NCBI GenBank assembly: GCA_046734535.1
Contig: JBKPRL010000136.1
Location: 3,666 to 67,665 of the forward strand
Origin: a bacterium
GTDB taxonomy: Bacteria; Actinomycetota; Acidimicrobiia; Acidimicrobiales; Ilumatobacteraceae
Direction of reading: 5' to 3'
Length of the DNA stretch: 64,000 bases
The position numbers and the translations under genes are program-made. Of this stretch, positions 16,852 through 24,469 are shown piece by piece. Under the pieces are notes generated by a model. It searched no databases, was not told the origin of the DNA, and saw only the letters and a program-made list of their open reading frames with translations. Each line of letters begins with the position of its first letter. The first letter of the stretch is position 1.

Positions 16852-18207
16852 TCACCCTCCGTTCATCCACTCGTCGAGGAGCTGGTGCGACCAGCGGACC
16901 TTGCTCTCCTGGTAGTTGGCGAGCGTGATGCCGGGCTTGCGAGTGCTCTCGAGGCCGAGCTGCACCCTTCCCATGTTGAAGGTGTCCTGCTCGAAGACCT
17001 TGCCGAGCACACCGAGCTCCGGCGCGTCCGTCCACGGCTCGTCCGGCCCGAGCACGTGGATGGGCGACGGCGTTGGCCGCTCGCCCTTGAAGGGTGCCAG
17101 GAACATCACCTCCATGATGCTCGAGCGGTGGTCGTCGCCGTTGGGGCGGAACCGGTACACGATCCGGTTGAACGCGCCCCAGGGATGGAAGTTGGGGAAG
17201 AGCGTGTAGTCGATGTTGTCGACCATCTCGGCGTCGGACCACTCGTCCACCACCGCACCGACGATCGGCCGCCAGCGGTCGCGGGTGGCGTCGGCCATGG
17301 CCGAGCGCGCGGTCTGACCCTCCTTGATGGTGATGAACAGCTCCTCGTCGACCCTGACGTCGAGGGCGTAGCGGAGGATCGTCTCGTCGTCGGGCGACCA
17401 GTCGAGGAGGGGACTGGGCGTCGCCGCCGGGGTGATGACCCGGCTGAAGGTGTCCCAGACGTCGACCTGGCTGTTGGTGTCGCCGATGTAGGGGAGGATC
17501 TGGGGGTGGGTGGCGTTGACGTGGAACGCCTCACAGAACGCCTCCTGGGCGATCTTCCAGTTGGCCCGGATCTCCTTGGCCACATGGGCCTGGACGTAGC
17601 GGTTGGCCAGGTCCCAGCGCTCGAAGTGGGAGGCCAGGCCACCGATGAAGTCCTCGAGCGGCCCGGCGTCGGGATCGGGGTTGAGGAACACGAACCCGGC
17701 CCATGTGCCCACCTTGATCTCCGGCAGGGCGAACTTCTCGGGCGTGACGTGGGGCAGGTCCCAGTGGGCCGGCACGTCCTGGAGGGATCCGTCGGTCCGC
17801 CACGCGAAGCCGTGGAACGGGCAGCGGATCTCGGTGCAGTGGCCGTCGTACTGCTTGAGCTGGCGGCCACGGTGCAGGCAGGCGTTGGGGTAGGCCTTGA
17901 TCGTGTCCTCGTCGACCCGGACGATGAGGAAGGACTTGCCGACGATCTCGTAGAGGACGTAGTCGCCGGGGTTGGGCAGGTGCTCCTCACGGCAGGCGAA
18001 CTGCCAGACCCGCGCCCACAGCCGTTCCTTCTCCCGCTCGAACCAGGCGCGCGAGATGTAGTGGTCGATCGAGACGTCCTCGTCGCCGAGGAAGCGAGGG
18101 GACTCCTCCCGCAGCACCTTCGGCACCTCGTGGGTGTCGGTGTCGAGCAGCTGCTGGTAGCTCAACCCCGGTGACCGGGCGACGCCGGGCTCCTGTGCGA
18201 TGGCCAT
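16852..18207 (-). CDS. Rieske [2Fe-2S] aromatic-ring-hydroxylating oxygenase, alpha subunit
   Basis: ATG 18207 inside ORF 16852..18279, RBS GAGGAGG. Rieske motif CLHRGR...CPFHGFAW; a catalytic domain follows. Close paralogue of 51662..53035. Confidence 0.9.
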   Translation of the reverse strand: MAIAQEPGVARSPGLSYQQLLDTDTHEVPKVLREESPRFLGDEDVSIDHYISRAWFEREKERLWARVWQFACREEHLPNPGDYVLYEIVGKSFLIVRVDEDTIKAYPNACLHRGRQLKQYDGHCTEIRCPFHGFAWRTDGSLQDVPAHWDLPHVTPEKFALPEIKVGTWAGFVFLNPDPDAGPLEDFIGGLASHFERWDLANRYVQAHVAKEIRANWKIAQEAFCEAFHVNATHPQILPYIGDTNSQVDVWDTFSRVITPAATPSPLLDWSPDDETILRYALDVRVDEELFITIKEGQTARSAMADATRDRWRPIVGAVVDEWSDAEMVDNIDYTLFPNFHPWGAFNRIVYRFRPNGDDHRSSIMEVMFLAPFKGERPTPSPIHVLGPDEPWTDAPELGVLGKVFEQDTFNMGRVQLGLESTRKPGITLANYQESKVRWSHQLLDEWMNGG

Positions 18208-18228
18208 GGCACCTCCTCGCCGGAAGGG

Positions 18229-18245
18229 TACACACAGTGTGTGTA
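18229..18245. promoter_or_regulatory. perfect 17-bp palindrome TACACACAGTGTGTGTA (candidate operator)
   Basis: Read directly. It lies 21 nt upstream of the Rieske gene start (18207), just before its RBS, in the 202-bp divergent region. Confidence 0.45.
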
Positions 18246-18254
18246 AAGAAACTA
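18244..18254 (+). promoter_or_regulatory. TAAAGAAACTA motif copy 1
   Basis: 11-mer repeated exactly at 18352..18362. Contains AAGAAAC. Confidence 0.3.
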
Positions 18255-18351
18255 GTGGCCGCGGCGGGCGGCGTTTCACATCGGCGCCGCCGGAGCGGGC
18301 TGGCCGCCGGCCGCAGCCGTCGGGCTACGCTCTCTGCAGGTGCAGCCGATC

Positions 18352-18368
18352 TAAAGAAACTACGCTCG
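18352..18368 (+). promoter_or_regulatory. TAAAGAAACTA motif copy 2 fused to the AAACTACGCTCG 12-mer
   Basis: Read directly, 41 nt upstream of SDR start 18410. Confidence 0.3.
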
Positions 18369-18409
18369 GCTGCTCGCTGGTCCGGCCCAACCAGGACAGG
18401 AGACAGGGC

Positions 18410-19234
18410 ATGGCAGGTCGTCTGGACGGACGGGTCGCGGTCATCACCGGCGCGGCGAGCGGCATCGGGCGAGCCACCGCGGAGCGCTTCGTCGAGGAGG
18501 GCGCCCGGGTCGTGGTCGCCGACATCCAGGTCGGGGCCGGGCAGGCCACCGCGGAACAGCTCGGTGACGCCGCCCGCTTCATCGCCACCGACGTCACGGA
18601 CGAGCAGCAGGTCGCGGCGGCGATCGCGCTGGCCGGCGAGACGTGGGGCCGGCTGGATTGCATGTTCAACAACGCCGGGATCATCGGTGCGGTCGGGCCG
18701 TTGGCCGACACGACGGCCGACGACTGGCGCCGCACCATGGACGTGCTGTTGACCTCCGCGTTCTACGGGACGAAGCACGCGGCGCGGGCGATGATCCCGG
18801 CCCGGTCGGGCGTGATCCTGTCCACGAGCAGCACGGCCGGCGTCGTCGCCGGTCTGGGCCCGCCCGCCTACACGGTGGCCAAGACGGGGATCGTGGCGCT
18901 GATGCGCACCGCCGCCTGCGAGCTGGCGCCCCACGGCATCCGGGCCAACGCGATCGCGCCGGGCACCATCCCCAGCGCCATGACGGCCGCCGCCATCACG
19001 GGCGACCACACGCAGATCGACGTGGCGGCCGAGCACGCCAAGGCGTCGAACCCGCTCGGCGTGGCCGCCGACCCGATGGACATCGCCAACGCCGCGCTCT
19101 ACCTCGCCAGCGACGAGGCCCGCATGGTGACCGGTCACCTGCTGGTCGTCGACGCCGGCCGGACCACCAACGGAGGATCGGCTCGCTTCGCCCATGCGAC
19201 CGCGGGCCTCGTCGAGGAGGCAAAGAGCTCATGA
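18410..19234 (+). CDS. short-chain dehydrogenase/reductase (SDR)
   Basis: ATG 18410 inside ORF 18200..19234: GRVAVITGAASGIGRA...NNAG...YTVAKTG. Confidence 0.85.
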   Translation: MAGRLDGRVAVITGAASGIGRATAERFVEEGARVVVADIQVGAGQATAEQLGDAARFIATDVTDEQQVAAAIALAGETWGRLDCMFNNAGIIGAVGPLADTTADDWRRTMDVLLTSAFYGTKHAARAMIPARSGVILSTSSTAGVVAGLGPPAYTVAKTGIVALMRTAACELAPHGIRANAIAPGTIPSAMTAAAITGDHTQIDVAAEHAKASNPLGVAADPMDIANAALYLASDEARMVTGHLLVVDAGRTTNGGSARFAHATAGLVEEAKSS

Positions 19235-19578
19235 TCATCATCGCCGGCACCATCGATTTCGAGTCGGAGGAGGCTCGGGACGCCGCGGTCGCGAAGGCCG
19301 TCCCCTATCAGGAGTCCACCCGGGCGGACGAGGCCGGCTGCCTCGGCTACTCCTTCGCCCCGGACTCCGGCTGCGCCACCCGCGTGCAGGTGTTCGAGCT
19401 GTGGGAGGACGAGGCGTCCCTCGCCGCCCACTTCGAGCACCGCAACTTCATCGAGATGGGGCAGGTCCTGCGGGGTGCGGGCCGGTCCGGTGGGTCGGTG
19501 GCGAAGTACCGCTCGGACCTCAACGAGCCGGTGAAGGACCCGGACGGTCGGTACCGGGCCGACTTCTTCACCGCCTGA
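19231..19578 (+). CDS. antibiotic-biosynthesis-monooxygenase (ABM)-like small protein
   Basis: ATG 19231 overlaps the SDR stop (ATGA): MIIIAGTIDFESEE...CLGYSF...VFELWEDEASLAAHF, a ferredoxin-like ABM pattern. Confidence 0.7.
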   Translation: MIIIAGTIDFESEEARDAAVAKAVPYQESTRADEAGCLGYSFAPDSGCATRVQVFELWEDEASLAAHFEHRNFIEMGQVLRGAGRSGGSVAKYRSDLNEPVKDPDGRYRADFFTA

Positions 19579-19579
19579 G

Positions 19580-20233
19580 GTGAACGCTCTGCCCTCCCCC
19601 GAGCGCCCGTTCGACGCGGTCGTGTTCGACTTCGGCGGTGTGCTCATCCGGCCGATCACCAGCAAGATCGGCGTCCTGGCCGATCGGGCCGGCGTCGAGG
19701 TCGAGGAGCTCGTCGAGATCCTCATGGGTCCGCTCGGGGAATCGACCGAGCACCACCCGTGGCACCGCGCCGAGCGGGGCGAGATCGGCATCGACGACCT
19801 CCAGACCCGGGTCGGTCCCTATGCAGACGCCCGCGGCGTCGAGCTTCACGGCGACGAGATCGCCTTCCTGTTCGAGATCGACTTCACGGTCATCCGCCCG
19901 GTCATCGATCGCCTGCAGTCGCTCCGCGCCGACGGCTACCGGACGGGTCTGCTCACCAACAGCTTCCAGTCCTTCCGGGTCACCCTCGAGGAGCTGGTGG
20001 ACATGAGCCGGTTCGACGCGGTGGTCGACTCCTCCGAGGTGGGGCACCGGAAGCCGGAGCGGGCCATCTACGACCTGACCGCCAGCCGCCTCGGCGTCGA
20101 GCCGTCACGGATCATCTTCCTGGACGACTTCGGTCCGAACGTGGCCGGGGCGCGGGAGGCGGGCTGGACCGCCATCCACGTCACCGATCCGCTCGAGGCG
20201 CTCGACGAGCTGGACCGGGCGTTGGCGGGCTAG
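19580..20233 (+). CDS. HAD-superfamily hydrolase (subfamily IA-like)
   Basis: ORF 19580..20233 (GTG): FDAVVFDFGGVL...GLLTNS...VGHRKPERAIY...IFLDDFGPNVAGA. Confidence 0.8.
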   Translation: MNALPSPERPFDAVVFDFGGVLIRPITSKIGVLADRAGVEVEELVEILMGPLGESTEHHPWHRAERGEIGIDDLQTRVGPYADARGVELHGDEIAFLFEIDFTVIRPVIDRLQSLRADGYRTGLLTNSFQSFRVTLEELVDMSRFDAVVDSSEVGHRKPERAIYDLTASRLGVEPSRIIFLDDFGPNVAGAREAGWTAIHVTDPLEALDELDRALAG

Positions 20234-20271
20234 CCCCGACACGTGATCCGAGCGGTTGAACCCGCAACCAT

Positions 20272-20306
20272 GCACCGGCAGCTCCGGGTTCCGGAGCCTG
20301 CGGTGC
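20272..20306. terminator. imperfect hairpin between convergent genes (HAD + / SDR -)
   Basis: GCACCG-gca-GCTCCGG gtt CCGGAGC-ctg-CGGTGC: 7-bp and 6-bp stems separated by a 3x3 internal loop. Confidence 0.3.
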
Positions 20307-20341
20307 ACTCTTGCCACCGAAACGAATGAGCGGCGCGATCC

Positions 20342-21109
20342 TCAGCGGGCGAGGTAGCCGCCATCGACGGCCAGCGCGTGGCCGGTCGTGAAGGACGACT
20401 CGTCGGAGCACAGCCACAGGCAGGCCTGGGCGATCTCGTCGGGCTCTCCGAAGCGCCCGAAGAGGCTCAGTCGGCCCGCCACCTCCTCGGGCTGGCGGCC
20501 CCGCCGCTCCATGGCGGCGCGCAGCATCGGTGTGTCAATGGCGCCCGGGCACACCGCGTTGATCCGGATGCCCTCCTTGCCGTAGTCGACCGCGGCGTTG
20601 CGGGTCATCCCCAGCACGCCGTGCTTGCTGGCCGTGTACGCGGACTGCTCCGGTTGTGGGCGGAACGAGTTGGTCGAGGCGATGTTGACGATGGCTCCGC
20701 CCCGTCCGCCGGCCATCATGGCCCGGATCTCGTGCTTCATGCAGAGGAAGATCGACCGCAGGTTGACGGCGATGATCCGGTCGAACATCTCGTCATCGAC
20801 CTCGTGGAGGGGGCCGCGCTCCCCTTCGATGGCGGCCGCGTTCACCGCGCAGTCGAGGCGGCCGAAGTCGCCGGTCGCCCGGGCGACGAGGGCCTCCACG
20901 GCTGCGGCTTCCGACACGTCGGTCGGGACGAAGACGGCCCGGCCCCCGGCCCCGGTGATCTGCTCGACCGTCTTGCGACCACCTTCTTCGGTGAGGTCGG
21001 CGGCCACCACATCCGCGCCGGCCGCGCCGAACGCCAGCGCGATGGCCTGCCCCATCCCGCCGGAAGCACCGGTCACGATGGCGACCTTCCCGTCGAAGCG
21101 AGCGGTCAT
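20342..21109 (-). CDS. SDR oxidoreductase
   Basis: ORF 20342..21109: GKVAIVTGASGGMGQA...NAA...YTASKHGVLG. Confidence 0.85.
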   Translation of the reverse strand: MTARFDGKVAIVTGASGGMGQAIALAFGAAGADVVAADLTEEGGRKTVEQITGAGGRAVFVPTDVSEAAAVEALVARATGDFGRLDCAVNAAAIEGERGPLHEVDDEMFDRIIAVNLRSIFLCMKHEIRAMMAGGRGGAIVNIASTNSFRPQPEQSAYTASKHGVLGMTRNAAVDYGKEGIRINAVCPGAIDTPMLRAAMERRGRQPEEVAGRLSLFGRFGEPDEIAQACLWLCSDESSFTTGHALAVDGGYLAR

Positions 21110-21146
21110 CGGATCATCTCCGCACCGGCGACGGTCGGATCGCCCG

Positions 21147-21929
21147 TCAGTACGGCATCGTCCCGCCGTCGATGGGGAACATGCAGCCGGTGATGTTGCG
21201 GGCCTCGTCCCGAGCCAGCATCACCGCGACCGCCGCGACCTGCTCGACCTTGTTCGGCCCCTTGATGGCCGACTCCTTCGTGTACTCGGCGATCATGGCG
21301 TCGTAGCTCTCGAGCCCCATGGCGACCGCGGAGTCCGGACCGGTCTCCCGGACGATGTCGGTCTCGATGATCCCGGGCAGGAGCGCGTTGACCGTAATGC
21401 CGAGCGTGCCGACCTCGAGCGCCGCCGCCTTCACGAGCCCGTTGACCGCGTGCTTGCACGTCGTGTAGCCGGGGATGCCCGGCTTGCCCATCTTGCCCTC
21501 GACGGACGATGTCACGATGATCCGGCCCGACTCCCGGGGGATCATGTGCTGCAGCGCCCGCCGCATGCCCCAGAAGACGTGGTTGAGGTTCCAGTCGACC
21601 TCGAGCGCCCACTCCTCGTCGGTCATCTGCGCGACCGGCGCGGTCATCTGGACGCCGCCCGAGTTCAGGCAGCAGACGTCGAGCTGACCGAAGTGGTCGA
21701 TGGTGAAGTCGACGAGGCCCTCGACCGTCGCCTGCTTGGACGCATCGCCCGCGAAGAACGCCGCATTGTCGCCGCCGCCCATCTCGTCCAGGCACTTCTG
21801 GCCCTTGACCTCGTCACGGCCGTTGACGACCACCTTCGCCCCTTCGGCCAGCATCGCGTCGGCGATGGCCCGACCGATGCTGCGGGTCCCCCCGGTGACG
21901 CAGACGACCTTCCCGTCGAGCTTGCCCAT
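21147..21929 (-). CDS. SDR oxidoreductase (tandem paralogue A)
   Basis: ORF 21147..21929: GKVVCVTGGTRSIGRA...YTTCKHAVNG...IDGGTMPY. Confidence 0.85.
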   Translation of the reverse strand: MGKLDGKVVCVTGGTRSIGRAIADAMLAEGAKVVVNGRDEVKGQKCLDEMGGGDNAAFFAGDASKQATVEGLVDFTIDHFGQLDVCCLNSGGVQMTAPVAQMTDEEWALEVDWNLNHVFWGMRRALQHMIPRESGRIIVTSSVEGKMGKPGIPGYTTCKHAVNGLVKAAALEVGTLGITVNALLPGIIETDIVRETGPDSAVAMGLESYDAMIAEYTKESAIKGPNKVEQVAAVAVMLARDEARNITGCMFPIDGGTMPY

Positions 21930-21944
21930 GGTCCCTCTTTCCGC

Positions 21945-22724
21945 TCAGTACGGCGACGTGCCGCCGTCGATCGAGATCAGCGAGCCGGTGATCCCCGCGC
22001 CGGCGTCCGACGCGAGCAGGACCGCGACGAGCGCGACGTCCTGCACCTCGTTCAGCCGCTTGACCGCGGACTCCTGCGCGAAGACGTCCAGCAGGCCCTG
22101 GTAGGTGAGGCCCATGGACTTGGCCGCGTCGGGCCCGAACTCCTTCATCGTGTCGGTCTCGATCCCTCCGGGGCAGAGCGCGTTCACGGTGATGCCCATC
22201 GTCCCGACCTCGTGGGCGGCGGACTTGGCCAAGCCGTTCATGGCGTGCTTGGCCACGACGTAGTTCGAGATGGCCGGCTTGCCGACCTTCCCCTCGAGCG
22301 AGGACATCAGCATGATCCGGCCGAACTGCTGGGGGATCATGTAAGAGAGCGCCTTGCGCATGGTCCAGAAGGCGTGCCAGAAGTTCCACAGCAGTGCGTC
22401 CTGCATCGCCTCGTCGGTCATGTCGACGACGGGGGCCTGGTCGGCCGAGCCACCCGCGTTCGGCACGAGGATGTCGATGCGGCCGTAGCGCTCCACGGTC
22501 GCGTCGATCGCCTCCTCGCAGGCGGCCTTGTCCTTGACGTCGCCCTGGACGAAGTGGGCCGCGTCGCCGGCCTGCATCTCGTCGAGCGCCTGCTTGCCCT
22601 TGTCGACGCTCCGCCCGGTGATCACCACGTTGGCGCCCTCGGCGACAAAGGCCTCGGCGATCGCTCGGCCGATGCCTCGCGTCCCACCCGTGATACACGC
22701 CACCCGTCCGTCGAGCTCACCCAT
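21945..22724 (-). CDS. SDR oxidoreductase (tandem paralogue B)
   Basis: ORF 21945..22724: GRVACITGGTRGIGRA...YVVAKHAMNG...IDGGTSPY. Collinear similarity with 21147..21929. Confidence 0.85.
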   Translation of the reverse strand: MGELDGRVACITGGTRGIGRAIAEAFVAEGANVVITGRSVDKGKQALDEMQAGDAAHFVQGDVKDKAACEEAIDATVERYGRIDILVPNAGGSADQAPVVDMTDEAMQDALLWNFWHAFWTMRKALSYMIPQQFGRIMLMSSLEGKVGKPAISNYVVAKHAMNGLAKSAAHEVGTMGITVNALCPGGIETDTMKEFGPDAAKSMGLTYQGLLDVFAQESAVKRLNEVQDVALVAVLLASDAGAGITGSLISIDGGTSPY

Positions 22725-22813
22725 GACGACCCCCTGGAACCTCCGGTCGAACGACCAGGCGATAGTAGAGCCGGTCTACAAGAAGTACGTCAACCACGCG
22801 GTTCGGATCGCGG

Positions 22814-23230
22814 TCAGCGGACGTGGTGGGAGACGTCGCCATAGAGGTCGCCGATCACCCGCCGTTCGCACCAGCGCCAGTCGCCCTCGACCCGCTCGAA
22901 CCGGTCGCGGTATCGGCCGGCGAAGATCGGCTGGAGCGGGAGGTCGGGCGCGGCCTGCAGCACGGTGACGTACGACGAGGCGGTCGCGACGCCGGCGGCC
23001 TCGTCGACGTCGATGACGAGGTTCGTCGTCACGTGCTTCGTCCGCGGCGAACCGTCGTGGGTGATGACGTGCTCGTCGAGGTAGCGACGCACCCCTTCCG
23101 CGCCTGGCTCGGCCTTGTGCCAGACGCCGTGCTCGAACTGCGCGGCGAAGGCGTCGAACTGGCCGGTGTCGAACAGCTCCGCGTAGCCGTAGATCTTCGC
23201 GGTGAGCAGCTGGACGCTGTCGGTGGTCAT
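22814..23230 (-). CDS. SnoaL-like / NTF2-fold protein
   Basis: ATG 23230 overlaps the upstream stop (ATGA): MTTDSVQLLTAKIYGYAELFDTGQFDAF...HVTTNLVIDVD...GDWRWCERRV. Confidence 0.75.
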   Translation of the reverse strand: MTTDSVQLLTAKIYGYAELFDTGQFDAFAAQFEHGVWHKAEPGAEGVRRYLDEHVITHDGSPRTKHVTTNLVIDVDEAAGVATASSYVTVLQAAPDLPLQPIFAGRYRDRFERVEGDWRWCERRVIGDLYGDVSHHVR

Positions 23231-24360
23231 GAGGCCTCCGGCGCTCGGATGACGACGCACTCGTAGTGGGCCAGGCCCCGCTGGTCAGCCGAGCGCAGCC
23301 GGGTGAAGCTCTCGGCCCACGCGTGGTCGAACTCGAACGACGTCCCGTCGGACCGCACGATCCGGGTCGGGTGCGTGACGTCCCAGACCTCGCCCTCCTC
23401 GTGGTAGTCCCCGCGGTACACGCCCTGCCCCAGCCCGTCGTCGAACCCGCCGAAGTACCCGCCGCCCTGGCAGTACACCCAGCCCATGTCCTCGATCTCG
23501 TAGCTGCGCACGGTCCCCTCGGCATCCTCCAGCTCGAACGTGCCTCCACGGAGACGGCGCCCGCCCTCGTAGAACGACAGGTCGTGCCCCACACGCTGCA
23601 CCGGCACCGCCCGGTCGGCGTACATCACCATCCCGTGGCCCGAGGCCGCTCGGCGCTTCGGATCTTCGAAGAAGAAGCCGCCGTGGTCGGGCATGTGGAA
23701 CAGCACCCAGTGGCGGACGCCCGGGACGCGCCGCGGCGTGCCGAGCGGCGCGCCGTAGGGCCGCGGGCCACCCCTCCCCGGCTGGTACCCCCACGAGTGG
23801 TTGCGGAAGAAGGCGGACGACCCGGGTGACAGCTCGATGCGGTGATCGTCCACGCTGACCCAGCCCTCGCAGGTCCCGGTCACCTCGTACGTCGCGCGCT
23901 CGCTGAGGAGCCGGCCGTCGAGCCGCGTGATCTCGACCGGGTCCATGTACGGCAGGGTCGTGCTGCGGCAGATCAGGTCGAGCGCGATGCCGTGGTCGTT
24001 CGGCTCGAGGACGAGGCGCACGGTCCGCATCGGCTCGACGAGCTCCAGCCGGAGCGGGCCCACGCCGAGGTGGTCCATCGCCGGCCGCAGGCGCCGCGAC
24101 ACGCGGACGTTGTGCTGGCGACCCTCGTAGCGCAGGCAGATGAAGCCGTCGAGCACGTCGTTGTTCTGGTAGAGCCGGACGTTGGAGGTGAGGCAGACCT
24201 GCCCGCGGTCGTCGCAGCAGCACACGTAGTGGCCGTCGTTCCACTGCGGATCACTCCCGGCCACCGCGGCGAAGGAGTCGGTGATCTGATGGTACGGGTA
24301 CTCGTCCATCGGCAGGAGCATCGGCCTCCCCTTCCTCGGCGGAAGATACTTGATGGCCAT
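23227..24360 (-). CDS. conserved hypothetical protein, ~377 aa, family not recognised
   Basis: ORF 23227..24360 has protein-like composition throughout (EYPYHQITDSF, HYVCCCDDRG, FFRNHSWGYQPG). An alternative start is the internal MLLPMDEY. Confidence 0.6.
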   Translation of the reverse strand: MAIKYLPPRKGRPMLLPMDEYPYHQITDSFAAVAGSDPQWNDGHYVCCCDDRGQVCLTSNVRLYQNNDVLDGFICLRYEGRQHNVRVSRRLRPAMDHLGVGPLRLELVEPMRTVRLVLEPNDHGIALDLICRSTTLPYMDPVEITRLDGRLLSERATYEVTGTCEGWVSVDDHRIELSPGSSAFFRNHSWGYQPGRGGPRPYGAPLGTPRRVPGVRHWVLFHMPDHGGFFFEDPKRRAASGHGMVMYADRAVPVQRVGHDLSFYEGGRRLRGGTFELEDAEGTVRSYEIEDMGWVYCQGGGYFGGFDDGLGQGVYRGDYHEEGEVWDVTHPTRIVRSDGTSFEFDHAWAESFTRLRSADQRGLAHYECVVIRAPEAS

Positions 24361-24469
24361 TCAGTACCGTGCTCAAATGGCGCGGCGCGTGCCGGCGTGC
24401 CGCCCGACGGACCCAGCACGAGCAGTGCCGCTCGATCCAGGGGGGAGCGGGCGAGGATCGAAGGGGGCT

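Noticed and set aside
20598-22844. 748-aa ORF on the + strand, one of the longest in the track
   Set aside because: It is antisense to three well-formed SDR genes. Its composition is R/A/P/G/D-rich with no recognisable domain. This is a typical high-GC shadow ORF.
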